This document shows positions 58,768-64,000 of a stretch of 64,000 bases of DNA, piece after piece. Numbering within the stretch: the first letter of the stretch is position 1; every line of letters begins with the position of its first letter. Source of the DNA: Nitrospirales bacterium (GTDB lineage: Bacteria; Nitrospirota; Nitrospiria; Nitrospirales; UBA8639). The position numbers and the translations under genes were made by a program. The notes beneath the pieces were generated by a model, which saw only the letters and a list, made by a program, of their open reading frames with translations, was not told the DNA's origin and made no database searches. Location of the stretch: NCBI GenBank assembly GCA_963555755.3, contig OY820905.2:1568001-1632000 (forward strand), in the 5' to 3' direction.

Positions 58768-60300
58768 CTAGGCTTTGATGTGGCCAATGTTCGGTGCAGT
58801 AATGGTGGTTTTCAAGCGAGAAATTTTCTTCAAATAGGCAGGAAGATTCGCAAGGAATTTAGATAATAGAGCAAGGATTACCAGGCCTTCTACAATGAAG
58901 CCTAAACGAAACATGATCACGCCTACTAGTATATGACGGCCGACTTCAGCGGCATCCCCATGATAACATACGAAGGCTTGCACCCACGCGTTCATGAGTA
59001 ACCAAAGCGCGACCCATGAGGGCATGCGAACTCCAGAAGCGTAACGTACGCTCCATAAAGCTCCGCACACAGCGAGGAACCAGAGTCCTAAAGGAACTGG
59101 AATATTGGGATACATGAATTGAGTGAGGGTTTGGGTCGCTGCCGTCTGGCCGGCTTCCTGGCCATACACTCTATTCTGGTCATTAATGGTTTCTTGCAAT
59201 GCATGAGTCGCCCCAAGGATTGCGTGAAATGGTCTGTCTAGGGTCAGGTACCGCTGATAAGAGGAACGTCCCTGCTCTGTAATCCAGGTATTAACATCCG
59301 ACAAATTCTTGTCTTTCTTTACATGGCTCAGGAGCCATTTGCCATCTGGTTCTTGGTCCCAAGCCCTTTTTCCTGCCCAAGTTTCGAACCGTTGATTTTG
59401 GGGGAACTCATATTTGTTCTGCCAGTATGTGTAGACATCAGGTTTGGTCAAGACTCGCTCCAACACAACATTAAAGAATGGTATCTCCCATCTCGGTGAT
59501 TGTATCGTTGACCAATATCCGAAACACACGACTATGCCAATTGCAACAGTCGAGATACAAAGACTTGCCGAGACCCCTCTGGAGTCAACTTGAATTCTTT
59601 TTCCAGTGGCCTGGACCAGGATCCAGGTTGCCAGTGCTCCACAGAAAGTTGCCAGAGAAAAGGTCATTGCATCACGAGTGGAGACCAAAAACAGGGATAA
59701 CACGGCCCAGCCAATAATAGCTGTAAATGGAAGCTCTTCCTGTCGATGAAGAAGACGGACATAACGAATGGACACGGCACCGAAGAGCGCCAACAGCGAG
59801 AAAGTTATGGACTCCGATCGGATGACATAATCCCACTGGTTGATCGGGATGCTTAATGAAAAAGCTGAAATGGATGCCGTTGCGATAATCTGAAGGAACA
59901 CTGATTTAAAGCATGCAGCCACCGAGAGTCCCAGGGCAAACCAGCATAAGACAGAGAATATGCTTTGGAACACCACGATGCGGTCTTCATCGGCATTGGC
60001 CAGTTTGTAGAGAAGTGGGACGACAAAGGGTCGTCCACCGAGGTAAAAATGTTTCTCAAGTACGGAATACTTTGCGGCCGAGGCCCACACCCCCGAGTCT
60101 CCAGAATGAACAGGACCCGGGGTGTTTTGAAACGATTGTTGTTCCCCGTACGCCAGGCCAAGAAATAGCAGCGTGAATAGGCCCACCTTAACGATCATCA
60201 AAGCCTGTGGGGGCGGGCTGCATTTCAGGAATTTTAGGAGAATGTGAATGCGCTCCTTAAACAAACGGAGGAATTTGAAGGCCATAGACCATGGCATCAT
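58768..60300 (-). CDS. Multi-TM membrane protein, possibly GT-C-like
   Basis: 510 aa with many hydrophobic segments; GDS, RP, SES motifs. Confidence 0.65.
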   Translation of the reverse strand: MMPWSMAFKFLRLFKERIHILLKFLKCSPPPQALMIVKVGLFTLLFLGLAYGEQQSFQNTPGPVHSGDSGVWASAAKYSVLEKHFYLGGRPFVVPLLYKLANADEDRIVVFQSIFSVLCWFALGLSVAACFKSVFLQIIATASISAFSLSIPINQWDYVIRSESITFSLLALFGAVSIRYVRLLHRQEELPFTAIIGWAVLSLFLVSTRDAMTFSLATFCGALATWILVQATGKRIQVDSRGVSASLCISTVAIGIVVCFGYWSTIQSPRWEIPFFNVVLERVLTKPDVYTYWQNKYEFPQNQRFETWAGKRAWDQEPDGKWLLSHVKKDKNLSDVNTWITEQGRSSYQRYLTLDRPFHAILGATHALQETINDQNRVYGQEAGQTAATQTLTQFMYPNIPVPLGLWFLAVCGALWSVRYASGVRMPSWVALWLLMNAWVQAFVCYHGDAAEVGRHILVGVIMFRLGFIVEGLVILALLSKFLANLPAYLKKISRLKTTITAPNIGHIKA

Positions 60301-60763
60301 GAAGGGTATTCCTTACCTGATAAGCCTGTAATGAAAATAAGCGTTCGAAAAAAACTAACATAACCGGTATCAAGAAACGTTTGCTCGCTCATGTCCAATT
60401 GCATATTCATCAACGCTTCGATGAGCACTTACTTCTATTCGGAGAATTGAGTGGTTTTCTAAAAAACGACGTAGCGTTTTGGTGAAAACCACGGTTGATC
60501 TGATGCCTCCTGAAAAAAACTGGTTACCAATTTCCCAACATTCGTCAAAACACTCCACGAAAATACATCTATACCCTTCCATGGCTTAACAGGTTTAATG
60601 GAGCATTTTTTTCCCACCCCACCGGTAAAACCTGGTCCTTTTCGCTATCTTTTGCTTCCCCCCAGAAAGAAGAGCCGTGGCATAAGCTTTGCATAGTGTG
60701 CGAGGTTCTTCTTCTGTTGTGGACGTTCAGTATGTCTCTTTAGACTTCCTTCTCGGCACCTGA

Positions 60764-61490
<727 letters not shown>

Positions 61491-61988
61491 GGCCACAAGT
61501 ACGTTTGCTATTTCCTTACCGATCTTTTCGGAGGAACAGTCCTTTGACGGAAAGCAGCCTGTCAATTTCTCAACGCTCGTCAAAACCTTCCACGAAAAAG
61601 AATCCAAACCCTTCGACTGTTCTAAGGGTTAATTGGGTTCGCCTTTCTCACTCCACGCATAGATCGGGGGTATTTTCGAGATCTTTCACTGCCACCTGAG
61701 AAAAAATCCGTGGCATATATTTTGCAAGAATTTCAACGAGTTTCTCCCTTTTCACCGTAGGGTTTGGGTGATGGGGGCTGATCCCAGCGATCACGCCAGA
61801 AAGAAGACGCCGATAAACCATTCAACGGCAAATGGCCAAGCCGTGGGCATTTCAGGAAAATTTTTCGTCATCGCTTCCGATAATAGCGTGCGACACCTTC
61901 GCCAATACTTAGGTACGATACCTGATCAGAGGGTCATATACCTATTTGAAGTCAGTTTCCCCTGTCTATTCCCCGTCATGGTTTTGCG

Positions 61989-64000
61989 ATGAAAATATTA
62001 TCTGAACGAATAATGAAAGTGTTAAAAGAACATCAGATGCTCGCGGCGATACTGGGTATCGGGTTTCTGCTTCGGATATGGGGAATTTTATGGGGAATCC
62101 CTTTCCCAGACCCGTTGGAGGGAATTTATCACCCCGATGAACCTAAAATTATTAAAGGTGCCGTTGAATTTCCCGGACATATTCTCACCAATCAAAATTT
62201 TATTTACCCAACTTTTTTCTCCTATTTTTTAGGATTCATTACGTTTCCGCTTCGGTTATTTTTCGATGGATTTAATGTACCGGGGCCTGGAGGCATAGGT
62301 TCAAATTTTTATTATGTCGTCACGGTGATAGGTCGGCTCTGTTCGGCTCTCGCTGGAACGGGCTCGATTTTCCTCACCTATTTGCTGGCCAAAGATATTT
62401 ATGATGAGAGACGTGCTCTGTTAGCCGGTGCATTTCTTGCGTTGACCTTCTATCACGCGAGTAATTCTTCTGTGGCTACGACTGATGTGCTCACTTCATT
62501 TTTTTTGGTGTTGTTTCTCTTTGTACTCCGCCGTGCCTTTCTCGCCCCAGAATCTCCTTCCTTGTTTATGATATCAGGCATGATCCTGGGCCTCCTGATG
62601 GGTACAAAATATACCGGAGCTATTGTCAGTTTGGCCATTGTGGTGATGTATGTGGACATGCTATGGGGCCGATCGCGTAGTCACAATGAAGGAGGGCACT
62701 TCAACTTACGCACATTGCATGTTCATCTCCTCCTGTGTTGTGGAGCGACTATTGTCACGTTTTTTCTCACGACCCCCGGAATCCTTATCCAATTTAATGG
62801 CTTCATTGATTCAATGGCTTACAATTTCAGGTATGTCGGTCGGTGGGCCATGCCCAGAAACGACTTGGATGTCTGGGTGGCTGTGTTACAAAAGATCGTG
62901 ATGGTGGTTGGGCTTCCCTTGACGAGTGTGTTTCTCCTCGGTCTCTTTTTCCCATACAAGAAGAACGTGCATGAAGTCATCTATATCCTGATTTTGGTTG
63001 TTTACTTTTTATATCTTGAGAACAGGTTGCTACCGAGATACGTGATTTTGGTTGCACCATTGGTGGCTATCATTGCGAGTAATGGATTGGTCTGGTTTTA
63101 TGAGTCGGCGAAAAAACCAGTTCATATCCTTGGGCTTTCGATGATGACGATCGTTTTAGTGTACTCCCTAGGCTATTGTTTGACTGGTGGGTACTTGCGC
63201 TATAACGACACGCGAACCCAGGCGGCACATTTTATCCAGGACACGTTTCCTCAAGGGACAACGGTGGGGCTTGGGTATGTTGCAGAAGAGATCGGTTGGG
63301 CTGCTCACCCTTGGAGGTATCCCCAAATCGATCTGACGCGGTTCACGTATATGGATTTTCTGGATTACCCTGAGGTGTTGGTGACCTCCTCCGAGTATGA
63401 CACCACACGAATTGAAGATGCGCTGAAATCAGATAAGCTGTCAAAGGATTATGTTTGGAATGTGGAGTACAACAAAAATTGGTTTGAATTCTCCCCTCCC
63501 TCTCCTCGGATATTTCGTTTCTATGAAAAATTGTGGTCTTCCGAACGATCACATTATCTGCTCCTGAAAACCTTTAAAATGAAGAATGTCGTTCCTCTGG
63601 AGTTTGGTTCTCCTGAAATTAACATCTATGTTCGTCAGTCCTATGGTCCAAATTTAGTTCGACGGACGTATTATCCTAACAATCCGCGTGGGTATTTTCA
63701 GGAGGAAGATCCGAGAGTTTGGCGGTGGCAGTCTAAGGTTTGGGAGGGGTCCGAGGCCAATCTGGTGTTTCCTGATGAGGATCCCCAAGGCGTACGAATT
63801 GCTATTAGCCGTGCAGGTTCTGATGTGCCTTGGCATATTCAATTGAATCAGGCGCCTGTGGCGGTTAAGGCAATGGAAAAGTACTTGTTACGATTCAGGG
63901 CCCGTGCCGACCACCCGCGTTCCATGGTCCTTGCTCTCAGTCAAGCTGACAATCCATGGCGTAATCTTGGATTGTATCAGGAGGTGGCCCTCACTACGGA
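61989..64000 (+). CDS. Paralog of 55631-58621 (GT-C + CBM4/9), runs off the right edge and is not in the ORF track
   Basis: MKILSERIMKVLKEHQMLAAILGIGFLLRIWGILWGIPFPDPLEGIYHPDE aligns with the paralog; a CBM-like sequence is seen at the window end. Confidence 0.85.
   Translation, partial: MKILSERIMKVLKEHQMLAAILGIGFLLRIWGILWGIPFPDPLEGIYHPDEPKIIKGAVEFPGHILTNQNFIYPTFFSYFLGFITFPLRLFFDGFNVPGPGGIGSNFYYVVTVIGRLCSALAGTGSIFLTYLLAKDIYDERRALLAGAFLALTFYHASNSSVATTDVLTSFFLVLFLFVLRRAFLAPESPSLFMISGMILGLLMGTKYTGAIVSLAIVVMYVDMLWGRSRSHNEGGHFNLRTLHVHLLLCCGATIVTFFLTTPGILIQFNGFIDSMAYNFRYVGRWAMPRNDLDVWVAVLQKIVMVVGLPLTSVFLLGLFFPYKKNVHEVIYILILVVYFLYLENRLLPRYVILVAPLVAIIASNGLVWFYESAKKPVHILGLSMMTIVLVYSLGYCLTGGYLRYNDTRTQAAHFIQDTFPQGTTVGLGYVAEEIGWAAHPWRYPQIDLTRFTYMDFLDYPEVLVTSSEYDTTRIEDALKSDKLSKDYVWNVEYNKNWFEFSPPSPRIFRFYEKLWSSERSHYLLLKTFKMKNVVPLEFGSPEINIYVRQSYGPNLVRRTYYPNNPRGYFQEEDPRVWRWQSKVWEGSEANLVFPDEDPQGVRIAISRAGSDVPWHIQLNQAPVAVKAMEKYLLRFRARADHPRSMVLALSQADNPWRNLGLYQEVALTT

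Overview
Accessory, repeat- and IS-rich window from a bacterial genome. Nitrospirota is a tentative guess from the MITE repertoire and is not verifiable here. There are four blocks. (1) 1-6.5 kb: a GHKL ATPase gene, then Rhs toxin/immunity cassette fragments and two decayed REP-associated tyrosine transposase (RAYT) genes, with the junctions between cassettes marked by stuttering GGGGTCA/TGACCCC repeats, followed by two-component remnants. (2) 7-15 kb: IS1595, ISAs1(+DUF4338), ISCR/IS91 remnants, a DAHP synthase and a TauE-family gene split by IS1380. (3) 15.1-37 kb: a 22 kb single-strand, non-PKS/non-NRPS candidate biosynthetic cluster. It encodes a FOXRED2-like flavoprotein, a NadB/SdhA-like flavoprotein, a possible Dit1/PvcA-like protein, a flavin-dependent halogenase, a GNAT, a SAM methyltransferase, an Rv1355c-type ThiF-nitroreductase, an anthranilate-CoA-ligase-like enzyme, SnoaL and several membrane-anchored FG-GAP/ASPIC-UnbV proteins. 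The cluster is a visible mosaic with two in-frame chimeric genes, a 635 bp near-identical repeat and an in-frame deletion relic, and it lies between direct ISCR remnants that keep their oriIS. (4) 37.3-64 kb: an IS graveyard, hydrolases, a cupredoxin and a surface-glycosylation locus with GT-C/CBM4_9/SGNH fusions. No rRNA, tRNA or CRISPR array was recognised. All family calls come from motif recognition by eye, not database searches.
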